From assembly GCA_016928875.1 (NCBI GenBank), contig JAFGJY010000116.1:6064-70063 (forward strand): DNA of 64,000 nucleotides, read 5' to 3'. Positions 9,671 through 18,113 of this stretch are shown here, in pieces. The stretch's first letter is position 1. Each line of letters begins with the position of its first letter. Position numbers and translations under genes: made by a program. Under the pieces are notes generated by a model. The model saw only the letters and a list, made by a program, of their open reading frames with translations. It had not been told where the DNA came from and made no database searches. Origin of the DNA: Candidatus Omnitrophota bacterium. Lineage in GTDB: Bacteria > Omnitrophota > Omnitrophia > JAHJGZ01 > JAFGJY01.

Positions 9671-11347
9671 TTACGCCATGCCGCCGATCATGCGATTGAT
9701 GGCCGACCCTGCCGGCACCATCGGGTACACATTCTCTTCCCGTTCAACGATGAAATGCAGGATCACCGGACCATCATGCGCGATCGCTTCTTTGATCGCC
9801 GGCTCAACATCTTCTTTACGTGCAATGCGGATCCCTTTGGCACCATACGCCTCGGCAAGCTTTATAAAATCAGGATTACCGGCCTGCAGGTCTGTCTCGG
9901 AATACCGTTTGCCATAAAACAATTCTTGCCATTGCCGCACCATACCCAGAAAACCATTATCCAAGATCGCGACCTTGACCGGGACTTTATAAAACACCGC
10001 TGTAGCAAGTTCCTGAATATTCATCTGTATGGAACCATCACCGGCAATGTCAAAAACGATCGCATCTGGCGCAGCAACTTGTGCACCGATCGCAGCCGGA
10101 AGACCATAGCCCATTGTCCCCAGACCGCCACTTGTAACGAGCGTTCGCGGTTTAGTGAAACCACACCATTGGGCTGCCCACATCTGATGCTGCCCCACTT
10201 CGGTCGCAATGATCGCCTTATTCTTAGTAAGCTTGCCGATCATCTCAATAATATACTGCGGACGGACCTTGTTATCATTCTTATATTTTAGCGGATACTT
10301 TTCCTTCCACTCCGCGATCTGTTTGAGCCATGATGCTGTCTTTGGACCCTTCACATATTTCTTCAGTTCAACCAATGCATCTTTTGCATTCGCGACGACC
10401 GGAATATCCACCTTAACGTTCTTTGAGATCGACGAAGGATCGATATCAATGTGGATTATCTTCGCATGCGGTGCGAATTCGTCGATCTTGCCGGTCACGC
10501 GATCATCAAAACGCGCCCCGACCGAAATAAGAAGGTCTGAATCCTGGATCGCATGATTCGCATATGCGGTACCATGCATACCCAACATCCCCAAGGACAA
10601 TGGATCGTCCTCTGGGAATGCGCCAAGACCATTCAATGTTGTTGTCACCGGGATCTGGGCTTCTCGTGCCAATGTCGTCAATTCTTTTGCCGCATTTGAA
10701 ATGATCACACCGCCACCGACATACAAGATCGGTTTTTTGCTATTAGTAATTGCTTCCGCTGCAATTTTTATCTGTTTGATATTAGGTTGCGTATGCGGGT
10801 TATAGCTCCTGATATAACATTTCTCAGGATACTTGAATTCCGCCTCAGCGAGCGTAACATCGACCGGAATGTCGACCAACACCGGCCCCGGCCTGCCTGT
10901 CTGTGCAATATAAAACGCCTCTTTTATGATCCGCGCCAGGTCATTGACGTCTTTGACCAAAAAATTATGTTTGGTTATCGACCGTGTTATGCCGACCAGG
11001 TCTGCTTCCTGAAACGCATCATTACCAATAAGAAAGGTCTTCACCTGTCCGGTAAAAGCAACCATCGGAACAGAATCCATATACGCCGTCGCGATCCCGG
11101 TCACCAGGTTCGTTGCCCCCGGTCCCGATGTTGCTAAACACACCCCAGCTCTGCCGGTAACACGCGCATAGCCATCAGCCATATGCGCCGCTCCTTGTTC
11201 ATGACGAACAAGAATGAAATTCAATGTACTTTTGTATATTTCATCAAAAATAGGAAGCACTGAACCACCGGGATATCCAAAGACGGTATCAACCTTCTCC
11301 CGCTTCAGTGCCTCTATAAAGATCTTGCTGCCTTTCATTTTCATCAC
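9671..11347 (-). CDS. ilvB: acetolactate synthase large (catalytic) subunit
   Basis: 558 aa, ThDP enzyme. [24 protein letters not shown] and [15 protein letters not shown] motifs. The start is GTG 11347 or ATG 11344, after SD AAAGGAG. Confidence 0.93.
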   Translation of the reverse strand: MMKMKGSKIFIEALKREKVDTVFGYPGGSVLPIFDEIYKSTLNFILVRHEQGAAHMADGYARVTGRAGVCLATSGPGATNLVTGIATAYMDSVPMVAFTGQVKTFLIGNDAFQEADLVGITRSITKHNFLVKDVNDLARIIKEAFYIAQTGRPGPVLVDIPVDVTLAEAEFKYPEKCYIRSYNPHTQPNIKQIKIAAEAITNSKKPILYVGGGVIISNAAKELTTLAREAQIPVTTTLNGLGAFPEDDPLSLGMLGMHGTAYANHAIQDSDLLISVGARFDDRVTGKIDEFAPHAKIIHIDIDPSSISKNVKVDIPVVANAKDALVELKKYVKGPKTASWLKQIAEWKEKYPLKYKNDNKVRPQYIIEMIGKLTKNKAIIATEVGQHQMWAAQWCGFTKPRTLVTSGGLGTMGYGLPAAIGAQVAAPDAIVFDIAGDGSIQMNIQELATAVFYKVPVKVAILDNGFLGMVRQWQELFYGKRYSETDLQAGNPDFIKLAEAYGAKGIRIARKEDVEPAIKEAIAHDGPVILHFIVEREENVYPMVPAGSAINRMIGGMA

Positions 11348-11395
11348 TTAAACTCCTTTATTAACGCCCACCTCGATAACCTCTACTATGGTCAT
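11348..11395 (-). CDS. candidate 15-codon Ile/Val-rich upstream ORF (leader peptide?)
   Basis: ATG ACC ATA GTA GAG GTT ATC GAG GTG GGC GTT AAT AAA GGA GTT TAA = MTIVEVIEVGVNKGV. Its stop abuts the ilvB GTG, and its last codons contain the ilvB SD. Its own SD (AAGGA) is only 2-3 nt from the ATG. Confidence 0.3.
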   Translation of the reverse strand: MTIVEVIEVGVNKGV

Positions 11396-11455
11396 GATCC
11401 TTTGGGCTTCTTTCTAGTATATTCTTAATATTATTAGCTATAGTGAAGAGCTGTG

Positions 11456-11483
11456 ATTATATCATAAGCTCTTTAATTGTCAA
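11456..11483 (-). promoter_or_regulatory. sigma70-type promoter upstream of ilvB
   Basis: Minus strand TTGACA (11478-11483), 16-nt spacer, TATAAT (11456-11461). Both hexamers are consensus. Confidence 0.6.
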
Positions 11484-11552
11484 AAGGTTTAACATAAATG
11501 GGTTACAGCAACTCACCGACGATAAAACCTCCTCATGCGGGCCCCTCCGGAC

Positions 11553-11584
11553 AAAAAAAAAGGCAGCCCCGCGAAGGGGCTGCC
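11553..11584 (-). terminator. rho-independent terminator
   Basis: Minus strand GGCAGCCCC-ttcgc-GGGGCTGCC followed by TTTTTTTTT. Confidence 0.85.
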
Positions 11585-11610
11585 TCAAAGAGCAGCTCAC
11601 ACCCCTCGCC

Positions 11611-11721
11611 TTACATGGGGACTCCCAATAATACTACGAATAGCGGCGCACCTGATGTATTCATTGAATACGGTGCAGCCTGACCTCCGGTTGTTTTTGA
11701 TGTTCGTATGCAATTCTTCAT
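11611..11721 (-). CDS. small ORF, 36 aa, hydrophobic Val/Leu-rich C-terminus
   Basis: Below the ORF-track cutoff. SD AAGGAA lies 5 nt before the ATG. The product reads MKNCIRTSKTTGGQAAPYSMNTSGAPLFVVLLGVPM. It has its own promoter-like hexamers and a terminator. Confidence 0.45.
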   Translation of the reverse strand: MKNCIRTSKTTGGQAAPYSMNTSGAPLFVVLLGVPM

Positions 11722-11757
11722 GATCGTTCCTTATTTAAAAAATCCGTTACATTGAGA

Positions 11758-11785
11758 ATTATACCTTCTCTTCGCAAAAATACAA
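11758..11785 (-). promoter_or_regulatory. candidate promoter for the 36-aa ORF
   Basis: Minus strand TTGTAT (11780-11785), 16-nt spacer, TATAAT (11758-11763). Confidence 0.45.
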
Positions 11786-11857
11786 GAGCTAAGATGGGGA
11801 ATAGCAATAAAAGTCTTCACCCTTACCTGGTCTAAAATGGGATATTGTTCTCGTTTT

Positions 11858-12880
11858 CTACGCTGACTGAGAATATATCGCCTCATTAACAACTGCCGCA
11901 TTATCACTGTCAGACGCCTCTTCAATAAGTCGTTGCTTGAGAAGATCAAGCTCCGTAACTATTCGTATATTAAGATCGAGCCCCATCTCAGTTAACGTCG
12001 CGACGATCGCATCACGCAATTGCAGATTTTGTTTATACGAAAGCGCCTTGTGGAATTTCTGCATAAGGGTAATAAACTCACCGGCGACGTCTCCAAACTC
12101 TGCTTTCTGCGCCTCTGTAAATTGTTGATCAAGCCACCCATTGATAAGGAACTGATAATAATATGCATAAAATTCACGCGCTAAGGGAGTCATATCATTG
12201 GGGTTGTATGTCGCGCGGACAGAATAATCCATAGGCATGTTTTCCAAAATAAATTCCTCAAGTGCTATATAGCTGCTTTTTAAAGTTTTGGATCCGCTCT
12301 TGCCTATTGCTTTTCGTAATTTAGCGAAATCTTTGCTTGTTTTTCTCACATCCTCTTTCGCATGTACGATCTCATGGGTAAATGTTAAGTAATATGTTAT
12401 CGTATCAAAAAAATGCATATCGCCATTTTCGTCAACGATCCCGCCAATAATGTCGCTATTTTCCCCACACACACCAGCCCACGCTACTGTATCACCATCA
12501 TAAATAGAAACATTGCCGGCAAATTGACCGCGTAATTTTTCAAAATTATCCGCACGGAGCGCCTTTCCTGCAACGTATACATCCTGGCTATCGATTCGTA
12601 AAGAATCTTCTGCCTGCGCTTGCAGCCCTTGCAGAGTAAAGCTTCCTGCCACGATCGGAAGAAACATCTTCGCCAAAACCGAATTCCGATCTCTCCACGC
12701 TGTAATACGCTTGTAGATCTTACCGAATATACTTGTGGTCTTTGTACTCTCATAGGGAGCGGCTAGATCATACCGCTCGAATGCTGTAGCGGGCACAGCA
12801 TAGCCTACCGCAACAATGATAAGCTGCAGATATAATGCTAGACATAGTGATAGGATAAACACACCTCTGCCGTACCGCAT
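11858..12880 (-). CDS. membrane-anchored/secreted hypothetical protein with HExxH motif
   Basis: I place the start at ATG 12880, which has SD AAAGGAG 5 nt upstream. The 371-aa version in the track would read through the ilvD terminator. N-terminal hydrophobic segment GVFILSLCLALYLQLIIVAVGYA. THEIVH is the only metalloprotease-like motif. Confidence 0.6.
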   Translation of the reverse strand: MRYGRGVFILSLCLALYLQLIIVAVGYAVPATAFERYDLAAPYESTKTTSIFGKIYKRITAWRDRNSVLAKMFLPIVAGSFTLQGLQAQAEDSLRIDSQDVYVAGKALRADNFEKLRGQFAGNVSIYDGDTVAWAGVCGENSDIIGGIVDENGDMHFFDTITYYLTFTHEIVHAKEDVRKTSKDFAKLRKAIGKSGSKTLKSSYIALEEFILENMPMDYSVRATYNPNDMTPLAREFYAYYYQFLINGWLDQQFTEAQKAEFGDVAGEFITLMQKFHKALSYKQNLQLRDAIVATLTEMGLDLNIRIVTELDLLKQRLIEEASDSDNAAVVNEAIYSQSA

Positions 12881-12904
12881 CCCATCTCCTTTGTTCTTCC
12901 TGGC

Positions 12905-12951
12905 ATAAAAAAGGGTAAGATCTATGTACCTTACGTACATTAACCTTACCC
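12905..12951 (-). terminator. rho-independent terminator after ilvD
   Basis: Minus strand GGGTAAG...(inner ATGTAC-gtaag-GTACAT)...CTTACCC followed by TTTTTTAT. Confidence 0.6.
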
Positions 12952-13039
12952 GACTCTGCTTAAATAATAGCATGTATATACAAAATTACAACGTAAGCGC
13001 AGAAATTCCCATTACTTAACGAAAATAGGCACGCCTTGT

Positions 13040-14785
13040 TTAAGGAGTGGCGAGGATAGCCCCTGTATCTGCACTTGTGACAAATGCTGCATACCGCGCA
13101 AGCCAACCACCCTCCACTTTTGATCTGAATGGCTTAAGTTTTTTCATACGGCGGCTGATCTCAGCTTTTGAAAGACGAACATTCAGAGATTTTTTCTTAA
13201 CATCAATATCGATGATATCGCCATTTTGTAAGATCGCTATCTCGCCACGTGCCGCTGCTTCCGGCGCAACATGGCCGATACAAAGGCCACGCGTCCCCCC
13301 TGAAAAACGGCCATCGGTAATAAGTGCGGCTTTTATCCCCGCACCGCGGATAGCTGCGGTCGGTGATAACATTTCCTGCATGCCCGGACCACCGCGTGGC
13401 CCCTCGTAACGAATGACGACAACATCCCCATCCTTGACCTTACCCTTCAATATTCCTGCAAGCGCATCTTCTTGGGATTCAAATATCCGCGCCTTGCCTG
13501 AGAAGGCAAGCATGTCTTGATCAACACCACTGGTCTTAACGACCGAACCATTACGCGCTATATTACCGAAAAGAAGCGCCAGGCCGCCTTGCTGTGAGAA
13601 TGCGTTTTTTGCAGTGCGCAGTATCTTCCCGTCAGGTTTCGACGAAGAACGCACATAATCGCCAAGCGTTCCGTAAACAGTCTTCGCTCTAAGATTGATC
13701 GATGATTTCCCTCCGTCGTAAACAGCACGTAAGATCGCGCCCATACCGCCGACGTTATGAACATCTTCAATATGCACGTCCGGCCGTGACGGGGAGATCT
13801 TGATCACGTTCGGTGTCTCTTTTGAAAGTTGATTCAGACGCCGCAAGTTGTACGGAATGCCTGCTTCGTTGGCGAGCGCCAATACGTGCAGGACCGTATT
13901 GCTCGATCCTCCCATTGCCATGTCCAGGATAAACGCATTATCGATAGAATCTTTCGTTAAAATGTCGAGCGGTCGAATATCTTTCTTAAGTAAATATAAA
14001 AGACGACGTGCCGCGTTCTTGACCAACGCAATCCTTGCGGGATTGATCGTAAACTGACGCTTCTTGCCCTTAAGACGTCGCGTCGCGGTTATCGTTCCAT
14101 TGCCCGGCAAAGCGAACCCCAACACCTCACCGAGGCAATTCATGGAATTAGCAGTGAACATCCCGGCGCAGCTGCCATATCCCGGACAGGCACATTCCGT
14201 AAGCTGCTGTAAACTTTTTGTGCTCATTTTACCGACGCTATGTCTGCCGACACCTTCAAATACAGTAATAAGGTCAGATCCGCGCGAACCCGCAAGCATC
14301 GGACCGCCGCTTACATAGATCGCCGGAATATTAATGCGCACCATCGCATTGTACATCGCGGGTACGATCTTATCGCAATTGCCTATCCCGATCCATGCAT
14401 CACACGGATGCGCGCCGATGATGGTCTCGATCTGGTCAGCGATAAGTTCTCGGGACGCCAACGAATATTTCATTCCAAAATGTCCCATTGCTATTCCATC
14501 ACAGATCGCGCCGCCGATGTTCGTATACCACACATTAACACCCTGTTTCTCAAGTTCTGTTTTAACGACCGCACCTAATGTGTCGAGGTGAGCGTGACCG
14601 GGGATCTGGGTCGTATACGAATTGATAATCGTAACGAATGGCTTTTTCACGTCCTTGACCTTTTTGATCACGCCTTCGGCCATCATGAGTGAAATACTGG
14701 GCAACATATGTGCTCCTGAACGATACACACCGCTCCCCTTTTGCTGAATGCTCTTTATGCCTTCATTAACTGCTTTTGGCTTCAC
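13040..14785 (-). CDS. ilvD: dihydroxy-acid dehydratase
   Basis: [26 protein letters not shown] (Fe-S cysteines) and GRFSGGTRG motifs. I place the start at GTG 14785, with GGAG 6 nt upstream. The 606-aa track version would translate two intergenic hairpins. Confidence 0.88.
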   Translation of the reverse strand: MKPKAVNEGIKSIQQKGSGVYRSGAHMLPSISLMMAEGVIKKVKDVKKPFVTIINSYTTQIPGHAHLDTLGAVVKTELEKQGVNVWYTNIGGAICDGIAMGHFGMKYSLASRELIADQIETIIGAHPCDAWIGIGNCDKIVPAMYNAMVRINIPAIYVSGGPMLAGSRGSDLITVFEGVGRHSVGKMSTKSLQQLTECACPGYGSCAGMFTANSMNCLGEVLGFALPGNGTITATRRLKGKKRQFTINPARIALVKNAARRLLYLLKKDIRPLDILTKDSIDNAFILDMAMGGSSNTVLHVLALANEAGIPYNLRRLNQLSKETPNVIKISPSRPDVHIEDVHNVGGMGAILRAVYDGGKSSINLRAKTVYGTLGDYVRSSSKPDGKILRTAKNAFSQQGGLALLFGNIARNGSVVKTSGVDQDMLAFSGKARIFESQEDALAGILKGKVKDGDVVVIRYEGPRGGPGMQEMLSPTAAIRGAGIKAALITDGRFSGGTRGLCIGHVAPEAAARGEIAILQNGDIIDIDVKKKSLNVRLSKAEISRRMKKLKPFRSKVEGGWLARYAAFVTSADTGAILATP

Positions 14786-14811
14786 GTCCAACTCCTTTGA
14801 CAAAAACGTTG

Positions 14812-14876
14812 GGGGACACACACGCGTGTGTCCCCTGTTAATAACGAACCTCGGGGACACACGCGTGTGTGTCCCC
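14812..14876. repeat. tandem pair of 24-nt GC-rich hairpins that are reverse complements of each other
   Basis: GGGGACACACACGCGTGTGTCCCC (14812-14835) and GGGGACACACGCGTGTGTGTCCCC (14853-14876), separated by 17 nt. Each has a 10-bp stem and a 4-nt loop. Confidence 0.8.
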
Positions 14877-14883
14877 GATTGTA

Positions 14884-15723
14884 TTAAATATTCATCACAA
14901 GCATCTTGATCTTGGTCTTTTCGGCATCATCGGCCGCGCGATCTTCGAGCGCTTTTCCAATGACAGTACCAACTTTGTATTCCCCGGCAGCCATTGCAGC
15001 ACCTTCTTGCGCATCAGAACTGACAAGCAGCTGTCCTTTGGTAACCGCACCGGTGACCTTAACGTGTACGATCCCTGCCATTGAGAGCGGAAAACGAGTA
15101 ACATAGTCAACAGGACCAGCTAATACAGCGTGTGAATCCGATATTACACCAACAACATTCGAATCGTACCCGATCTTTGACTTTTCAAACGTATAATTAT
15201 CGGAGATCATGACCACATCACCGTTCTCCAGGTCCTTGCCCTCTATCGCCTCGGCAAAGTCATATACATTCTTAGTGGCGCCGGCCTGGGCGTTGTTCGT
15301 TGTGATCGTCCCTTCAGTATAGCTATTTCCTGTTACTGATAAATTAGCGGTAATAGTAATACGGCCGTTGACCAGGTTATCGATCGTCTCGCCGTTACCG
15401 AATGTGATAATGCCGCCTTGTTCATTCCCGCCTACCTGCAATAGATTATTGACCGAAACATTGTCCCCCAAAGAAACGTTGCCGGCAATATCAACGGACG
15501 CCTGCGGAGTATCTGTCCCAAATCCGACGGTACCCTCAAAAAATGCAAGATTCTCAACTGAAAGATTATTACTGACCGAAAGGTTCCCAACAAGTATATG
15601 CCGCTCTCCGGCAAGTGCAGTTGTTGTGATAGTAACGATAACGCACGCACCCAATAAGATCAACATAAGGCGGGATTTTAAAGACATTTTATGGCATATA
15701 ACATTTTCGTACGAATGAGCCAT
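14884..15723 (-). CDS. secreted repeat protein, tail-fibre-like (GxVGxGT motif plus conserved C-terminal domain)
   Basis: 279 aa. SD GGAGGAG lies 7 nt before the ATG. Signal/anchor [12 protein letters not shown]. Repeats NLSVxNN and [24 protein letters not shown]-terminal GDVVMIS...[11 protein letters not shown]...GIVHVKVTG...GQLLVSS...GTVIGKALE. Confidence 0.6.
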   Translation of the reverse strand: MAHSYENVICHKMSLKSRLMLILLGACVIVTITTTALAGERHILVGNLSVSNNLSVENLAFFEGTVGFGTDTPQASVDIAGNVSLGDNVSVNNLLQVGGNEQGGIITFGNGETIDNLVNGRITITANLSVTGNSYTEGTITTNNAQAGATKNVYDFAEAIEGKDLENGDVVMISDNYTFEKSKIGYDSNVVGVISDSHAVLAGPVDYVTRFPLSMAGIVHVKVTGAVTKGQLLVSSDAQEGAAMAAGEYKVGTVIGKALEDRAADDAEKTKIKMLVMNI

Positions 15724-15782
15724 ATGATAGCTCCTCCTATAAAAGGTGTTTACGATGTTAACGTATGTTATTCACAGTGGAT

Positions 15783-15823
15783 AAAAAAACGTGAGTATGC
15801 CCCTATGATAGAATATACTTACG
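15783..15823 (-). terminator. probable rho-independent terminator after ugd
   Basis: Minus strand CGTAAGTAT...ATACTCACG (8 of 9 pairs, 16-nt loop) followed by TTTTTTT. Confidence 0.45.
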
Positions 15824-15854
15824 GCAAATGCAATCAAAAATGAAAGTTTGCCCG

Positions 15855-17243
15855 TTAAATATCTCGTGCTCGGGAAGGTCTGCCTAATGGGATTATGTTG
15901 AAACCGAGTTCATACATCTTGTTTATATCAAGAAGATTACAACCGTCAAAAATGAACGCCGGATGTTCCATGGCGTCATAAATTCTTTTATAATCAAGCG
16001 TGGCATACTGCTCCCAGGCGGTCAAGATCGCGATAGCATGCGCACCCTCGGCTGCTTTATACGGATCGTCCTCAAACGTAACGAGATCCTTATAATCAGC
16101 GAGATCTTTCCGTGCATTCTCCAGTGCCTTTGGATCCGTGATCACGACCTCGGCTTTTTCTTCAATAAGTTTTTTCGATATCAAGATCGCCGGCGATTCG
16201 CGTGTATCACCCGTATTTGTTTTGAACGCAAACCCTAAAAGCGCGATCTTTTTGTCTGTCACAGTATTGAACATCAAGCGCACCATTCTATCCACAAAGC
16301 GCGTTTCCTGATATTCATTCATTGTAATGACCTGTTCCCAGTAATCAGCAACCTCTTTCAACCCATAACTCTGCGCAATATACACCAAATTCAAGATGTC
16401 TTTCTTGAAACACGAACCGCCGAACCCTACACTTGCTTTGAGGAATTTCGGCCCGATGCGAGAATCGCATCCGATAGCATACGATACTTCATTAATATCG
16501 GCACCGGTCCGTTCGCATAAAGCACTGATCGAATTGATCGACGAGACCCGCTGTGCTAAAAACGCATTGGCTACCAGTTTTGAAAGTTCGGATGACCAGA
16601 TATTGGCGGTGATTATCTTCTCGCGCGGGACCCAGTTAGCATAGATCTCAACGATCTCATCCCGAGCACGGATCCCTTCGGGCGTTTGTTCTGATCCGAT
16701 CAAAACACGATCAGGATCTTTCATATCCTCAATGGCGGTCCCTTCGGCCAAAAATTCCGGATTAGAAACCACCTGGAAATGAACCCCTTTTTCATGGTCG
16801 GAATATAAAATTCGCTTTAAGGCTTCGGCCGTCTTTACCGGTAACGTCGATTTTTCAACAACGATCTTGTTGCTGTCTGATTCTTTCAATATTTCGCGAG
16901 CTACCTTTTCGACGAATTGTAGATTAGCCGCTTTGCCCGCGCCTATGCCGAACGTCTTGGTCGGTGTATTGACCGAGACAAAGATTATGTCGGCTTCTTT
17001 TATGCATTTGGCGATATTAGTATCAAAGAAAAGGTTTCTGCCGCGCGTCTCCCGTACAACTTCATCAAGCCCAGGTTCATAGACCGGAAGTTTATCGGAA
17101 TTCCAAGCTTTGATACGGTCCTTATTAACATCAGCGACCGTGATCTTATACTGTGGGCATTTAAGAGCGAACACCGCCATAGAAGGGCCGCCAACGTATC
17201 CTGCGCCAATGCATAAAATATTTTTTTCGAACTTCATGATCAA
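15855..17243 (-). CDS. ugd: UDP-glucose 6-dehydrogenase
   Basis: 462 aa. GAGYVGG Rossmann motif and the GFGGSCFKKD catalytic-Cys motif. Confidence 0.92.
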   Translation of the reverse strand: MIMKFEKNILCIGAGYVGGPSMAVFALKCPQYKITVADVNKDRIKAWNSDKLPVYEPGLDEVVRETRGRNLFFDTNIAKCIKEADIIFVSVNTPTKTFGIGAGKAANLQFVEKVAREILKESDSNKIVVEKSTLPVKTAEALKRILYSDHEKGVHFQVVSNPEFLAEGTAIEDMKDPDRVLIGSEQTPEGIRARDEIVEIYANWVPREKIITANIWSSELSKLVANAFLAQRVSSINSISALCERTGADINEVSYAIGCDSRIGPKFLKASVGFGGSCFKKDILNLVYIAQSYGLKEVADYWEQVITMNEYQETRFVDRMVRLMFNTVTDKKIALLGFAFKTNTGDTRESPAILISKKLIEEKAEVVITDPKALENARKDLADYKDLVTFEDDPYKAAEGAHAIAILTAWEQYATLDYKRIYDAMEHPAFIFDGCNLLDINKMYELGFNIIPLGRPSRARDI

Positions 17244-17267
17244 ATCCCTTTCTTTTCAATGTTCCGC

Positions 17268-18104
17268 TTACGCCGTACAACCTATCTCGCCACATCGTTC
17301 GGTCAATTCAACAAAAACCGGAACGCTCAGTTCTTCTGCCCGCGCCGATAATGAGAGACCATTCTTGTGCAGAACATCTTCAATTACGTTAACAACGTTG
17401 ATATAGTCAAACCGCTCTTTGAGATTATTTATGACTTTTTTTCGCCTGGAGGAAAAAGCATGTCGGACAATGGCCTCAAATAACCGCTCTTTATTCTCTA
17501 AAGTAAAGCATATCTTGTCTTTAAATACAAGTCGAACCACTTTTGAGTTCACTTTAGGCCTCGGATAAAAAGCCCCGGGTTTTATGGTCAAGACCGGCTG
17601 CGTCATGGCGTAGAACTGCATCATGACCGACAACCTCCCATAGGTCCTTGATCCCGGAGGGGCAATGATCCGGTCTACGACTTCTCGCTGAACGGTAAGG
17701 ACTGCCGTATCTATCAAAGCACGTTCGCGCACCAGCAAAAAAAGTATATCTGAAGTGATATTATACGGGATATTCCCGATGACTTTTATCTTTTTTTTCT
17801 CCGGCACATTGAGGCTTGCAAAGTCAAATCGCATTATATCACTGCATATAACGTTAAACCACGGCGCGTCATTTTTGCCTTCCAAAGCATTAATCAGGGT
17901 GCGATCTTTCTCGATAACAATATAATTGATCTCACCATCAGCACATCGCTCGAGTATGATATCGGTCAAAACACCATGCCCGGGCCCGATCTCCAAGACA
18001 ATATCACCGGCTTGTATATCAAGTGCATCGACTATCTTTACAGCGGTCGTTTTACTTGTTAAAAAATTCTGCCCCAGGAATTTTTTGGGGCGAGGTTTTA
18101 CCAT
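17268..18104 (-). CDS. rsmA: 16S rRNA (adenine1518/1519-N6)-dimethyltransferase
   Basis: 278 aa. GQNFL, EIGPGHGVLT SAM motif and GNIPYNITS. Confidence 0.92.
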   Translation of the reverse strand: MVKPRPKKFLGQNFLTSKTTAVKIVDALDIQAGDIVLEIGPGHGVLTDIILERCADGEINYIVIEKDRTLINALEGKNDAPWFNVICSDIMRFDFASLNVPEKKKIKVIGNIPYNITSDILFLLVRERALIDTAVLTVQREVVDRIIAPPGSRTYGRLSVMMQFYAMTQPVLTIKPGAFYPRPKVNSKVVRLVFKDKICFTLENKERLFEAIVRHAFSSRRKKVINNLKERFDYINVVNVIEDVLHKNGLSLSARAEELSVPVFVELTERCGEIGCTA

Positions 18105-18113
18105 GATGAGCCC

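Noticed and set aside
11443-11723. Three overlapping 61-62-aa plus-strand ORFs in the ilvB upstream gap.
   Set aside because: They overlap one another in different frames and run antisense through the minus-strand terminator and small ORF. They have no SD. The minus-strand promoter, ORF and terminator signals explain the region better.
12881-12973. 31-codon N-terminal extension of the HExxH protein ORF.
   Set aside because: It would include the ilvD terminator hairpin and T-run, and it has no SD. The internal ATG at 12880 has AAAGGAG 5 nt upstream.
14786-14860. N-terminal 25-codon extension of ilvD in the ORF track ([25 protein letters not shown]).
   Set aside because: It translates straight through a 10-bp GC hairpin. 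A GTG with GGAG 6 nt upstream sits at 14785, where similarity to dehydratases begins shortly after.
14812-14876. CRISPR-like array.
   Set aside because: There are only two units, they are reverse complements rather than direct repeats, the single spacer is 17 nt, and no cas genes are in the window.
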